From: an uncultured bacterium
Lineage (GTDB): Bacteria > Cyanobacteriota > Vampirovibrionia > Gastranaerophilales > Gastranaerophilaceae
Length of the DNA stretch: 64,000 bases
Assembly (NCBI GenBank): GCA_949288725.1
Contig: CASELF010000027.1
Coordinates: 89,487-153,486, forward strand
Reading direction: 5' to 3'
Shown: piece after piece, positions 46,535 through 58,233 of the stretch
Position numbering within the stretch: the stretch's first letter is position 1
Layout of the letters: each line of letters begins with the position of its first letter
The notes under the pieces: model-generated
The model's input: only the letters and a program-made list of their open reading frames with translations
Told to the model about the DNA's origin: nothing
Database searches by the model: none
Made by a program: the position numbers and the translations under genes

Positions 46535-47887
46535 TTATTCTTTTATGGTAGAAGTAGCAAAAACCGCTAACAATAAGCACAACGCACCAATATAAAAAGA
46601 ATATTCATAATGGTGATTCATACCACCGTTTATAGCAGCCATATTGATAATCCAACCGACTAAAGTACAAACAAAAACCTGAGGACCTGCAATAAATATA
46701 TTAAATATACCCATAACAGAACCTTCAGTACCAGGTTTAATATATTTAGAAAGCATAGCAAAAGGAAGTGCACAAACACTAGCCCAACCTATACCTGACA
46801 AAGCCATAAAACATAATACCGCAATAGAATTATGGCAAAATATTGCCAAACCCAAATATGCAACAATCATTGATAACAATGAAAAAATATGAACCTTTTT
46901 ATTCCCAAATTTATTAGCCATAGTACCTATTGGAACAGCAATGATGAAACAAATAAAATTAAATATTGCAAGCCCAATCAACGCATAATTTTGAGCATTA
47001 TCTTTCAAGGCTTGAGCAACAACAAAATCAGTATCATCAGGAATTCCATAAACCGTATGAATAGCAAAAGCCGTAAAATAGATTAATAAACACATCATAC
47101 CAATCCAAGTGAAAAATTGCATAGTACAAATTTTCTTAACTTCAGGAGACAAAAGGAAAAAGTCCTTTAAAGACTCCCAAAAAGATTGCTTTTGAGCATC
47201 AACTTTAGCATCATCATCATTATTTATAGAACTTTTTTCTCTTATTGTTAAACAAGTCCAAACCATAGCCAAAACAAAAGCAACACCAGCCATAACAAAT
47301 TGGGCAGGAATAGACATTTGATAATTAAAAGCAAACTTCAAGAAAGGAGCCACAGCCATAGCAATTACAGAGCCTAATCCGGTAGCAAGACTAATATAAG
47401 AATTTGCTTGAGCGTGCTGTTCACTTGGAACGACATCAGGTATTAAAGAACGATAAGGACCTTGAGCAATATTTATACAAGCATCAATAATCCAAATCAT
47501 AATAGCAGCAATAAAAAGCCCGCCCCAAACAGGCATATGTATATGCAAAACTTTGCCGATAATATCAGAAAGTCCGGCAGAATGAGGGAAAAGCCATAAA
47601 GCAACTGCCGTAATCAACGCTCCCAAAAGCAAATATGGACGACGTCTTCCAAAACGTGATTTTGTATTATCACTTAATACCCCAATAATTGGCTGAACAA
47701 CCATCCCTGAAAAAGGACCAGCCAACCAAATTAAACTATAAAGTAAAGGAGAAGCCCCTAAACTGGATGTCACAGGTTCTGCCAGTGCAATTCTCATTTG
47801 CCAAGCAAACTGCAACCCTAAAAAACCTAGGGCAAAGTTGAGAAAATTTACTGTAGTAAATTTCTTCATAACAAAATTATCATCCAT
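46535..47887 (-). CDS. MFS/GPH-type sugar:cation symporter (SLC45/sucrose-transporter-like)
   Basis: 450 aa with ~12 TM helices. GRRRPYLL motif in the loop after TM2, typical of GPH/sucrose-H+ symporter relatives. Confidence 0.7.
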   Translation of the reverse strand: MDDNFVMKKFTTVNFLNFALGFLGLQFAWQMRIALAEPVTSSLGASPLLYSLIWLAGPFSGMVVQPIIGVLSDNTKSRFGRRRPYLLLGALITAVALWLFPHSAGLSDIIGKVLHIHMPVWGGLFIAAIMIWIIDACINIAQGPYRSLIPDVVPSEQHAQANSYISLATGLGSVIAMAVAPFLKFAFNYQMSIPAQFVMAGVAFVLAMVWTCLTIREKSSINNDDDAKVDAQKQSFWESLKDFFLLSPEVKKICTMQFFTWIGMMCLLIYFTAFAIHTVYGIPDDTDFVVAQALKDNAQNYALIGLAIFNFICFIIAVPIGTMANKFGNKKVHIFSLLSMIVAYLGLAIFCHNSIAVLCFMALSGIGWASVCALPFAMLSKYIKPGTEGSVMGIFNIFIAGPQVFVCTLVGWIINMAAINGGMNHHYEYSFYIGALCLLLAVFATSTIKE

Positions 47888-47957
47888 TAATGTCCCCCTT
47901 ATACCAAACTACCGTATTACTAATACTAAAAAAAACACAAACTAAAATCAAGCCACA

Positions 47958-49574
<1,617 letters not shown>

Positions 49575-49624
49575 CTAACTACTCTTTTAACCCAAATATA
49601 ATAATAATCCACTAAAAATTAATA

Positions 49625-49906
49625 CTAATTAATTTTAGGAACTTTGAAGAAACCATTTTCTTCCTCAGGTGCATTTGCCATTAATGCTTCCTTTGAAATT
49701 TCCTGACAAGGAACATCATCTCTTGTCACATTTACAAATTCAATAACTTGAGTCATAGGTTTTACATTAGATGTATCAACTTCATTCATCTGATCAACAT
49801 ATTTTAAAACATCACCTAATTGTTTTGTATAAAGAACTTTCTCTTCTTCTGTAAGTTCAAGTCTTGCTAACTTTGCGACATGTTCAACATCTTTAACAGT
49901 AATCAT
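49625..49906 (-). CDS. gatC: Asp/Glu-tRNA amidotransferase subunit C
   Basis: 93 aa. VEHVAKLARLELTEEEK...VDT is typical GatC. Confidence 0.85.
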   Translation of the reverse strand: MITVKDVEHVAKLARLELTEEEKVLYTKQLGDVLKYVDQMNEVDTSNVKPMTQVIEFVNVTRDDVPCQEISKEALMANAPEEENGFFKVPKIN

Positions 49907-50009
49907 TATCTATTCTCCTCAATTGACTTATTATATAAAATAATACTACCATGAACAAAGAAAATATTACAAAAGCACTAAATTTATAAAAAAAAGGAAA
50001 CAAAATGGA

Positions 50010-50037
50010 AGGCGGCGGGGCAACTTCCCCGCCGCCT
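50010..50037 (-). terminator. GC-rich hairpin terminator after the 235-aa ORF
   Basis: AGGCGGCGGGG-CAACTT-CCCCGCCGCCT is a perfect 11-bp stem. On the minus strand it is followed by a U-rich tract (UCCAUUUUGUUUCCUUUUUUUU). Confidence 0.7.
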
Positions 50038-50057
50038 GAACTTAATAAATTTAAAAC

Positions 50058-50765
50058 CTAAATATTTGCACCGCCATCATTTTTAATTTTATCCATAACA
50101 TTTTTAGAGCCATCGATTTTATTTATATATTCAAGCGCATAAGCAGTTGCTTCCTGATCCCGAGCGATTGCCTCCTGCAATGAAAGAATTTGAGCCATAG
50201 AAAGATGTTTAGTAAATTCATCAGAGCCATCAATCAAATATTTTTTGAACATTTTTCTTGATTCATAATCAAATCCAGGCAACCCTGACTTTAGTGAATA
50301 CCAACAATAAAAATGATGCAGCAGATAACTTTTTTCGATTTCAGGATTTCTGACAACAAACATAGGTTCTGTTTTAAATTTTATTCCCAATCCTAAAATA
50401 ATCGAAAGATAAAAAGCATCAAAACCTTTTTTTTCGGTTATTAAACCTTCCTCTTCTTTAATCACAGCCAACAATTTATCTGCATTATTCAAAAAATACA
50501 CAGGAGTATTAGCGACTTTGATATAGTCAAAAAGTGCCTTCGGCTCACAATTAGTTTTTGCAACAATTGAGGTAACATTTTCCTTCACTTCTGCTATTGT
50601 TTGAAGTGTTTTACTGTTTATTGTGAGCGAAGCACCCTTTACCATAACATTTTTTGTATCATTATTTGTATAACTTCTTTTTGTAGAATTTTTTAATTTA
50701 TTCAATAATGATTTTTCTTTTAGGGAAAGAATAAAATATTTTATCTTTTTAATAAAATTATTCAT
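50058..50765 (-). CDS. Hypothetical protein (235 aa)
   Basis: ORF bracketed by two terminators. No motif recognised. Confidence 0.5.
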   Translation of the reverse strand: MNNFIKKIKYFILSLKEKSLLNKLKNSTKRSYTNNDTKNVMVKGASLTINSKTLQTIAEVKENVTSIVAKTNCEPKALFDYIKVANTPVYFLNNADKLLAVIKEEEGLITEKKGFDAFYLSIILGLGIKFKTEPMFVVRNPEIEKSYLLHHFYCWYSLKSGLPGFDYESRKMFKKYLIDGSDEFTKHLSMAQILSLQEAIARDQEATAYALEYINKIDGSKNVMDKIKNDGGANI

Positions 50766-50813
50766 AATTTTATTTTAATAATAAGGGTTAAAAATTTACA
50801 CATACAAATATAT

Positions 50814-50847
50814 GAAAAAAGAGAATTCAAATGAATTCTCTTTTTTC
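50814..50847. terminator. Bidirectional intrinsic terminator after pepA
   Basis: AGAGAATTC-AAAT-GAATTCTCT (50820-50841), flanked by an A-run and a T-run. Confidence 0.8.
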
Positions 50848-50853
50848 TAATAA

Positions 50854-52257
50854 TTAAAAGTTTTGATGTAGCATCAAGTAATTTAATAAAGTTAAATACC
50901 CGGCTGCTGTAGCCCCCTTACAATAACCATTACGAGGTTTATCTAAGAAAGCGGTACCAGCGATATCAATATGTGCCCATTTTACAGAATCAGTTACAAA
51001 TTCCTTTAAGAACATGCCTGCAGCAGAAGCTCCACCAGAGCGAGAACCGGTATTTTTCATATCAGCGACATCACTGTTCATATTATCTCTATAATCCTGG
51101 AACATAGGAAGTTGCCAGAATTTTTCACCTGAATATGAAGCCGTTTTAATAAGAGATTTAACAAGTTCTTTATTATTACCCATAATACCTGAAACAGTAT
51201 CACCCAAAGCAACAACACAAGCACCTGTTAATGTAGCAATATCAATAACTTCATCAACTTCTAAATCACAAGCATAACAAAGAGCATCCGCCAAAGTCAA
51301 TCTACCTTCAGCATCTGTATTATCTACCTCAATAGTTTTGCCATTTCTTGCGGTTAAAATATCACCCGGCTTATAAGATTTTCCGGACGGCATATTTTCA
51401 CAAGCAGCAATTAACCCGTGAACTTCAACATCAGGCTTCAACTTGTCGATAACGCTCATAATACCTATAACACAAGCCTCACCTGACATATCATTTCTCA
51501 TATTAAGCATTGAAGAAGCAGGTTTTAAATCCAATCCACCGCTATCAAAACATAAACCTTTACCGATAATAGCAACACGCTTTACCGGATTTTGCGGAAT
51601 ATATCTCATATGAATAAATCTTGGAGGATTATCGCTGCCTTTTGCGACAGCAAGATAAGCCTTCATGCCCATTTTCTTGATTTCTTTTTCATCGTATATA
51701 TCAGTATCAATACCTTCAATTTTTTGAGCAATTTCTGCAATTTTCTTTGGAGTCGCAAACTCTGCAGGTTCATTTGCCAAATCTCTTGCCAAATCTAAAC
51801 CTTTTAATGCTTCAACAACTAATTCAATATCACTTGAAACCTTTGAAATATATACTGTAGAAATTTTATGATTTTTCTTTGTTTTATATTTATCAAAACT
51901 GTAATTAGCAATTGAAGCAGCCAAAATAGTGGACATACCAAAAGTAACATTTGTACTAATATCAAAGGCAATTGTATCAGCCTTCAATTCAAGACATTTT
52001 TTAACCGCAGAAGTAATTGCCTTGCGAATAGCATCGTTATCGATATTATTTTCAATACCAAAACCCACTGCCATAACATATTTGGCAGGTAATTCCCCAC
52101 GGGTATGAATTACAAAGACTTCTCCGACATCTCCACGAAAACTGTCCGGAGCAAATCTATTAATCAAATCACTTGATGTCAACTCATCCTTAAACTTGTT
52201 AACTATCAAAACGTCGCAATCAATTTGATTTGCATTTTCAACTATCCTGATATCCAT
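50854..52257 (-). CDS. pepA: Leucyl aminopeptidase (M17)
   Basis: 467 aa. IGKGLCFDSGGLDLKP and NTDAEGRLTLAD are the M17 signature motifs. Confidence 0.93.
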   Translation of the reverse strand: MDIRIVENANQIDCDVLIVNKFKDELTSSDLINRFAPDSFRGDVGEVFVIHTRGELPAKYVMAVGFGIENNIDNDAIRKAITSAVKKCLELKADTIAFDISTNVTFGMSTILAASIANYSFDKYKTKKNHKISTVYISKVSSDIELVVEALKGLDLARDLANEPAEFATPKKIAEIAQKIEGIDTDIYDEKEIKKMGMKAYLAVAKGSDNPPRFIHMRYIPQNPVKRVAIIGKGLCFDSGGLDLKPASSMLNMRNDMSGEACVIGIMSVIDKLKPDVEVHGLIAACENMPSGKSYKPGDILTARNGKTIEVDNTDAEGRLTLADALCYACDLEVDEVIDIATLTGACVVALGDTVSGIMGNNKELVKSLIKTASYSGEKFWQLPMFQDYRDNMNSDVADMKNTGSRSGGASAAGMFLKEFVTDSVKWAHIDIAGTAFLDKPRNGYCKGATAAGYLTLLNYLMLHQNF

Positions 52258-52324
52258 AATTAAATCTCCTTCAACGCAAATTATAACATAGATTCACTAA
52301 AAATAAATAGTTTCAATAATTGAA

Positions 52325-53542
52325 TTATCTAACCTTATTATCTTTTGCTTTTTTAATAACAGAATTCAAAGAAGAAATTGCATAAGAACGCAAATCATAA
52401 GCCTGTGTATTATCAGGATCCAATTTAATTACAATATTCAAATCATCAATAGCTGGCAAATACATTTCCAACTTGCAATAAATAATAGCACGAGTAAGAT
52501 ATTTTTCGGCATCTTTGCTATCAAGTTCAATAGCCTTATTCAAATCTTTTTCAGCCAATTTTAAATCGCCGTCAGTCTTACTGATAACAGAACCTCTTGC
52601 ATAATAATAATCAGGATTTTTATCATTTAACTCAATAGCTTTTGTGTAATCTTCAATAGCAGAATTGTAATGTTCCAAAGTCACTTCCGCAATTGCTCTT
52701 TCGTAATAAGCCAAATCATTTTTAGGATTAACTTCTAATTCTTTAGTAAAATCCAAAATAGCATCTTCATACTTTTTCAATCCTAATTTAGCAATACCAC
52801 GATTGTAATATGCTCTGCTAAAATTTTTATCTAATGCAATAACCTTTGAATAATCCTCAATTGCTTCGCTATACTTTTTCATATAAAACTTAGCAACGCC
52901 ACGATTGTTATAAGCATCAATATAATTTGGATTTAAACTTATAAGTTTAGTATAATCCTGAATAGCGCCATCGTAATTTCCGAGATTACGCTTAGCAATT
53001 CCTCTGTTAAAATATGCCAATTCATTTTTAGGATCCAACGAAATTGCCTTATCAAAGTCTTCAATCGCTTTGGCATATTTTTTTAACAAAACATTTGTTG
53101 TTCCCCTATTTAGATAAGCATTAACATTATCAGGGTTAATTTCTAGTTCTTTAGTATAATCTTCAACGACATCTTCATAATCATTCAAATTAGATTTTGC
53201 AATACCGCGATTGTAATAAAGATTTTCACGTTTAGGGTCCAACTCAATTGCTTTTGAATAATCAGTAACCGCCTCTTTATATTTTCCTAACAAATATTCG
53301 GCGTTACCTCTTTTCGCATAAGATTCTGCATTATCAGGATTAAGTTTAATAGCCTTAGTATAATATTCAATAGCAGTATCATACTGTTTTTCATCGAAAC
53401 TTGCTTTTGCCACATCTAAAAAGGACTGTTCCTTTTTATCTTTTCTACTAAGTCTTGCAGCATAACAAGGCTGAGCAAAGCAAGAAAAAGAACTTGCCAC
53501 CAAACCCAAAACTATAACTGCTATAGAAATCTTATTTTTCAT
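52325..53542 (-). CDS. Secreted tetratricopeptide-repeat protein
   Basis: Signal peptide MKNKISIAVIVLGLVASSFSCFAQPCYA, then ~10 consecutive 34-aa TPR units (A..Y..AI.L.P....AY.NRG). Start set at 53542. Confidence 0.8.
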   Translation of the reverse strand: MKNKISIAVIVLGLVASSFSCFAQPCYAARLSRKDKKEQSFLDVAKASFDEKQYDTAIEYYTKAIKLNPDNAESYAKRGNAEYLLGKYKEAVTDYSKAIELDPKRENLYYNRGIAKSNLNDYEDVVEDYTKELEINPDNVNAYLNRGTTNVLLKKYAKAIEDFDKAISLDPKNELAYFNRGIAKRNLGNYDGAIQDYTKLISLNPNYIDAYNNRGVAKFYMKKYSEAIEDYSKVIALDKNFSRAYYNRGIAKLGLKKYEDAILDFTKELEVNPKNDLAYYERAIAEVTLEHYNSAIEDYTKAIELNDKNPDYYYARGSVISKTDGDLKLAEKDLNKAIELDSKDAEKYLTRAIIYCKLEMYLPAIDDLNIVIKLDPDNTQAYDLRSYAISSLNSVIKKAKDNKVR

Positions 53543-53748
53543 AAAAACAATTCCAATAATGTAATAGATATTACAAGATATAAGGATGATATTACAAATA
53601 TGTATAAAAGTCAAAAATCCCAAAATCTACCTTGCACAAATGTTAAATTATGTAAAATTTATATCATAAAAATTAGCCAAAAATTAAAGAAATAACGAGA
53701 AAAACCCGATATAAATAAAGTAGTTAACTAAAAAGGGTAACAGGAAAG

Positions 53749-56700
53749 ATGGCAAAAACACATATTCCATTTTTAAAAGGTGATATATGCAGCACAAGCG
53801 GAGTTTCAATTTCGCAAAGTCTTGTTGACCAATATTCAGAAGAAGTAATTGAACTTGCTATACAATTAAAAGCAAACAACTTAAACGGGGTAGGAGGAAA
53901 CAGAAAAGATAATGCACAAAAGCCATTAAGTTCAAATGACCAAAGCAGTTATGATACATTCTTTGTTGAATCAGCAATCAGAATGCTTAACAATGAACAA
54001 AGAAACAAAATATTTGCAATATTCAAGGAAATGGCAAAAGATTGTCCGATAGATGATCCACAATGGGCAGGATATTCAGCAGATGAAATTCTTGCGATGG
54101 AAAAAAACGGAGTACTAATCCCAGAAGATATAGTTGCCTGGGCACACAGCCAACAACAACTGGATGAAACTAACTATGTATTGGAAACCGATTCTAATAC
54201 AGAAGATCCGACTGTAGAAGACACATTTGCCAATACAGATTCACTAGATGTATTACAAGCAACCGCAAAGAAAAATATAGAAAAAGCAGAAAATGCAGAT
54301 AAAAAAGTAGAAGAAAAAAAAGAAAAATATGAAACAATTGCACAAAAAGCAACTCAAATAAAAAAAGAAAAAGAAAACAGTTTTTTTGAATCAATACAAA
54401 AAATTAAGACACTACAAGATAAATGGGAAGCATTAAAGACAAAAAAAGAAACCGGAAAATTAACTGCCAACGAAGAAAGTGAATTCAAAGAATTATCTAA
54501 ACAATTAAAAAACAGCGACACAGAAACAAAATCAACAATGCAAACAGGCAAAAATGATTTAGATGACTTTTTGAAAGAACTGGACAGTTTAAATCTTGAA
54601 ATTAATAATACCGCACAAATTGCCAAAGACACAATCTATTCAGGAAGGACATTGAATACCCTAACAAAGAACTACAATGTCTATAATTTGCCATACGCAT
54701 ATACAGGAACAAGTTTTGATAACAGCGGTCTGATTTCATTAACCTTAAACGGTATGACAAACGAAGAAATTGGCGAATTAGCAGTACAAAAAGGTGAAGA
54801 ACTTGACACAAATAATAACACCATAGAAACAGAAGCAAGTGGAGGCGAATATTCTGAAACAATAGAATTTGCGACGAATTACACAAATTACATAACAGAA
54901 AGTGAAACAAAAACAGAAAACGAAAAGAATAAAACAGAAGGCTCAGCAACAGAACCGGAAACAACCGACCAAGCAGACTTAGCTGACGACGCAACAACAG
55001 AAGATGGTCAAACAAATACAACTACAGACAATCAAACAACTCAAAATAACGGAACCCAAAACGAAACTCCGTCAATAAAATTTGGTATAAAAGAATCTAT
55101 ACAAGCAACTCAAAGAACTATAGATTCTAGTTCAACTGATGTTGATAAAACAGGAACAGTTATTTCCGATAACAAAGATTTGAATAAAGAACTAAAAACC
55201 GCAAAAATCGAAATGACATACATCAACAAAGAAGTAGATTCTTTAAACGAAAAATTAACAGGTAACGAACAAGACACCGAAACATTCTTACAAGAACTTG
55301 AAAGATTACAAGCAGAATCTTCAGAAGATGGAATTCAAGTTGCACAAACGACCTCACAACCGGAAACCCAAACAGAAAATACAACAACCACAGCACAACA
55401 ACAACCTGAAGTAGGAACCGTTGTTAAAAACGGACAAAGCGAAATTGAAAAATCAGCACAAACGGCAACAACAGTTCTAAACTCATTTGCAGCAGCCGAC
55501 CAAATTATCGCACAAAACACAAATAAACCGGAAAATGTAAATGAAGAAATAACACCGGAAGAAGCTGCAAAAAAAGAAAAAGAAGCGAATATAAAGAGTA
55601 AAAAACTGGAACTTGCCCAAAATATTCAAGACCTTGGGGAAGACAGAACAGATATAAGTACAGATTTAGAAAAAGCAATAACTGCAGGAGATCTTGCGAC
55701 AACAGAAGGCGTAAAATCACTTGAAGTATTGAGCAAAAGCCACGGACAATTAACAACCCAAAATGCAACAACATCACAAGATGCAACAGATGCAATAGAA
55801 ACAGGAACAATGACACAAGCAATAGGGTTAATGGACAAATTCAACGGAATTGCTACCTTCAGTTATGGTGTATTGCTTGCCTCAAATCCATTTACAATGC
55901 CACAAGGCATGTTGCTAATGGGAATAGGTAACGCATTACAAATAAAAGGAAATCTGGAAGTTGTAACAGGAACAGTGGCAGCAACAAGCGGAGCCGCAGG
56001 AAAAGCAACAACATTAGTCGCAAATTCTGCAATAGGTTCTGCCGTAACGACAATGACACAAGCAGAATCTATACTTAACGTAAACGTAACAACAATAGAC
56101 GAAGCAAATGCTCAAGCAGAAGAAGGTCAAAACCCAACTCAAACCCAAAACCAAAACAATACAACAACTCCAACTCAAGCAACCACAGGAGAAAATCCTG
56201 TTGCTGATGCAATTACCGGAGTAACAACCGCACCGGAAACAAATACCCAAACCCAAGACCAAACAACAAATTCAACCCTTTCTGATGCAATAAATAACGT
56301 TATGACTCAACAAGTCAACCCGACAATACAACAAGAACAAGAAACAACAAATACAACAACAACTCCAGAAACAAACAATGAAGTTGCAGAACAACCTGCA
56401 CAAACACCTGCAAATACAACTGTGAATGAAGAAACAAATACAAATACAAATACAACAACACAAGAAGAACAAACAACAACTAACGGTGCAACTCAACAAA
56501 CAGCAGAAACAGAACAAAAACAACCTGCCCAACAAGAAACACAAGAAAATAACGCCGAAGGAACTGAACCACAAGCAATACAAAATACAACTCAAACACA
56601 AGTTGAAAAGAACCAACCACAAAACCCGAGCCAAACACAAGAATTGCAACCACAAGGAGTAAGCGAACAAAAACAAAACACAGAAGAAACAACCCCACAA

Positions 56701-58179
56701 ACAAACACAAATACAACGGAAGAAAGCAAAAATGCAGAATCCACCAAAAAAGAAACAGAAGAAGCAACCGAAAAAGATGCCGATAATGCAACAAAGGAAT
56801 CAAAAGGTTATCTTCAAGATATGAATTCTGCAAATAAAGAAGATGAAAAGTCACAAAAGGATGCAAAAAGCATTTCAAAAGAAATAAAAGACATCAATAA
56901 AACCACCAAAAAGGACGATGAGAAATTCCAAAAAGAAGTAAAACAAGAACAAAAACAAATAGAAAAGATACAACAAGAAATTGAAGAAAAAAATCAAAAA
57001 ATGATGCAACTACAAGAAGAACAAGTTGAACTACAAACAAACTTGGAAGAACTTAACGCTGCATTCAACTCAGCAACACCGACCAAACAAGCAGAAATTC
57101 AAGCAAACATACAAACAAAATCAGGTCAACTTCTTGAGAAAAATTCACAATCAACAGAAGTTGCTTCTCAAAACGTAATCCTAAAAGTCGGAACAACAAA
57201 AAAAGTACAAGGTCTAAGAAGATCAATACAAGTACATACGACAACTGCAAAAAGGAATCAAAAAATAGCAACAAATGATTCAAAAACAGCAGACAAAATA
57301 TTAAAAATAGCAGATACAACCAGCCAAGTTGCAGGACTGGCATCAATAGCAGGGAGCATCACATCAAAAATTGGTAATGCTGTAACCCTAGCCGGAAACA
57401 CACAAATAACAGCAGGAAACATTCAAATTTCCACAGGCACACCGCTATTATCAAACCCATTCACAGTAAGTTTAGGAACAGCGCTAATAACAGCAGGTAC
57501 AAGCCAAGTTGTAGCAGGTTCAGCACAAGTTGCAACAGGAACAACGACATCAATAATAGGTGAATCCGTATCTCTAGCAGCAAACATAACCAATACAGCA
57601 GCAAGCGCAACAAAAGCCGCAATATACATTGAACAAGGAAACATAGCAGGTGCACTTATGGCAACAGGCTCAGCAATCATGTCAGGCGTATCTGCAGGTC
57701 AAAACATTTCGCAAATCGGCCAACTAAACCAAATGGCAGATAGCGCATCTGCAGTAGCAAGCAGTGCACAACAAGCATCAACTCAAGCGACAGGCGCAAG
57801 CAATGCTGTAAATAACGGAACAGCAACAACAACCCAATTAGCAGATACAACAGCATCAATAAATGACTCCATGACAGGAGCAATAAACGGAACAACAGAT
57901 GCAAGCGGGAAAGTTGTTTCTCAAGGCTTTAACCAAACCAGCAGTTCAATTTCAAAAGCAGCAAAAATCGGATTTGATGACGTAATGCAAATCGGAGGTG
58001 CAGCCCAAACCGTAGGTTCAATGATAGGAACAGATAATGATGGCTCCGCCGACATTAAACAAGACAGAAAATTACGCAGATTTGGTTCTATTACAAGAAT
58101 TAACACCAAGAAAAAACTTCAAAAAGTTAATTCTGTATCAACAAGTTCATATAACAGCAGACGAGGAGGAAATTACTAA
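53749..58179 (+). CDS. Giant hypothetical protein (1476 aa): coiled coils, T/Q/N/E low complexity, two NPFT plus Gly/Ala-zipper hydrophobic modules
   Basis: A single uninterrupted ORF with strongly purine-rich codon use. Modules are ASNPFTMPQGMLLMGIGNALQIKG... (about nt 55880) and LSNPFTVSLGTALITAGTSQVVAG... (about nt 57450). It has K/E/Q coiled coils and a basic C-terminal tail. No signal peptide is evident. Confidence 0.6.
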   Translation: MAKTHIPFLKGDICSTSGVSISQSLVDQYSEEVIELAIQLKANNLNGVGGNRKDNAQKPLSSNDQSSYDTFFVESAIRMLNNEQRNKIFAIFKEMAKDCPIDDPQWAGYSADEILAMEKNGVLIPEDIVAWAHSQQQLDETNYVLETDSNTEDPTVEDTFANTDSLDVLQATAKKNIEKAENADKKVEEKKEKYETIAQKATQIKKEKENSFFESIQKIKTLQDKWEALKTKKETGKLTANEESEFKELSKQLKNSDTETKSTMQTGKNDLDDFLKELDSLNLEINNTAQIAKDTIYSGRTLNTLTKNYNVYNLPYAYTGTSFDNSGLISLTLNGMTNEEIGELAVQKGEELDTNNNTIETEASGGEYSETIEFATNYTNYITESETKTENEKNKTEGSATEPETTDQADLADDATTEDGQTNTTTDNQTTQNNGTQNETPSIKFGIKESIQATQRTIDSSSTDVDKTGTVISDNKDLNKELKTAKIEMTYINKEVDSLNEKLTGNEQDTETFLQELERLQAESSEDGIQVAQTTSQPETQTENTTTTAQQQPEVGTVVKNGQSEIEKSAQTATTVLNSFAAADQIIAQNTNKPENVNEEITPEEAAKKEKEANIKSKKLELAQNIQDLGEDRTDISTDLEKAITAGDLATTEGVKSLEVLSKSHGQLTTQNATTSQDATDAIETGTMTQAIGLMDKFNGIATFSYGVLLASNPFTMPQGMLLMGIGNALQIKGNLEVVTGTVAATSGAAGKATTLVANSAIGSAVTTMTQAESILNVNVTTIDEANAQAEEGQNPTQTQNQNNTTTPTQATTGENPVADAITGVTTAPETNTQTQDQTTNSTLSDAINNVMTQQVNPTIQQEQETTNTTTTPETNNEVAEQPAQTPANTTVNEETNTNTNTTTQEEQTTTNGATQQTAETEQKQPAQQETQENNAEGTEPQAIQNTTQTQVEKNQPQNPSQTQELQPQGVSEQKQNTEETTPQTNTNTTEESKNAESTKKETEEATEKDADNATKESKGYLQDMNSANKEDEKSQKDAKSISKEIKDINKTTKKDDEKFQKEVKQEQKQIEKIQQEIEEKNQKMMQLQEEQVELQTNLEELNAAFNSATPTKQAEIQANIQTKSGQLLEKNSQSTEVASQNVILKVGTTKKVQGLRRSIQVHTTTAKRNQKIATNDSKTADKILKIADTTSQVAGLASIAGSITSKIGNAVTLAGNTQITAGNIQISTGTPLLSNPFTVSLGTALITAGTSQVVAGSAQVATGTTTSIIGESVSLAANITNTAASATKAAIYIEQGNIAGALMATGSAIMSGVSAGQNISQIGQLNQMADSASAVASSAQQASTQATGASNAVNNGTATTTQLADTTASINDSMTGAINGTTDASGKVVSQGFNQTSSSISKAAKIGFDDVMQIGGAAQTVGSMIGTDNDGSADIKQDRKLRRFGSITRINTKKKLQKVNSVSTSSYNSRRGGNY

Positions 58180-58181
58180 TA

Positions 58182-58214
58182 AAAAAAGACCGATATTTCT
58201 ATCGGTCTTTTTCT
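58182..58214. terminator. Bidirectional intrinsic terminator between the giant ORF and adhE
   Basis: AGACCGATA-TTTC-TATCGGTCT (58188-58209), flanked by an A-run and a T-run. Confidence 0.85.
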
Positions 58215-58233
58215 TTATCTAATATAAAATTTA

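Noticed and set aside
55000-56760. Repetitive-looking DNA (ACAAAT, CAAACA, ACAACA units) that might suggest a CRISPR array or tandem-repeat locus.
   Set aside because: There are no regularly spaced identical repeats with unique spacers. The tract is in frame within the 1476-aa ORF and simply encodes T/N/Q/E-rich low complexity.
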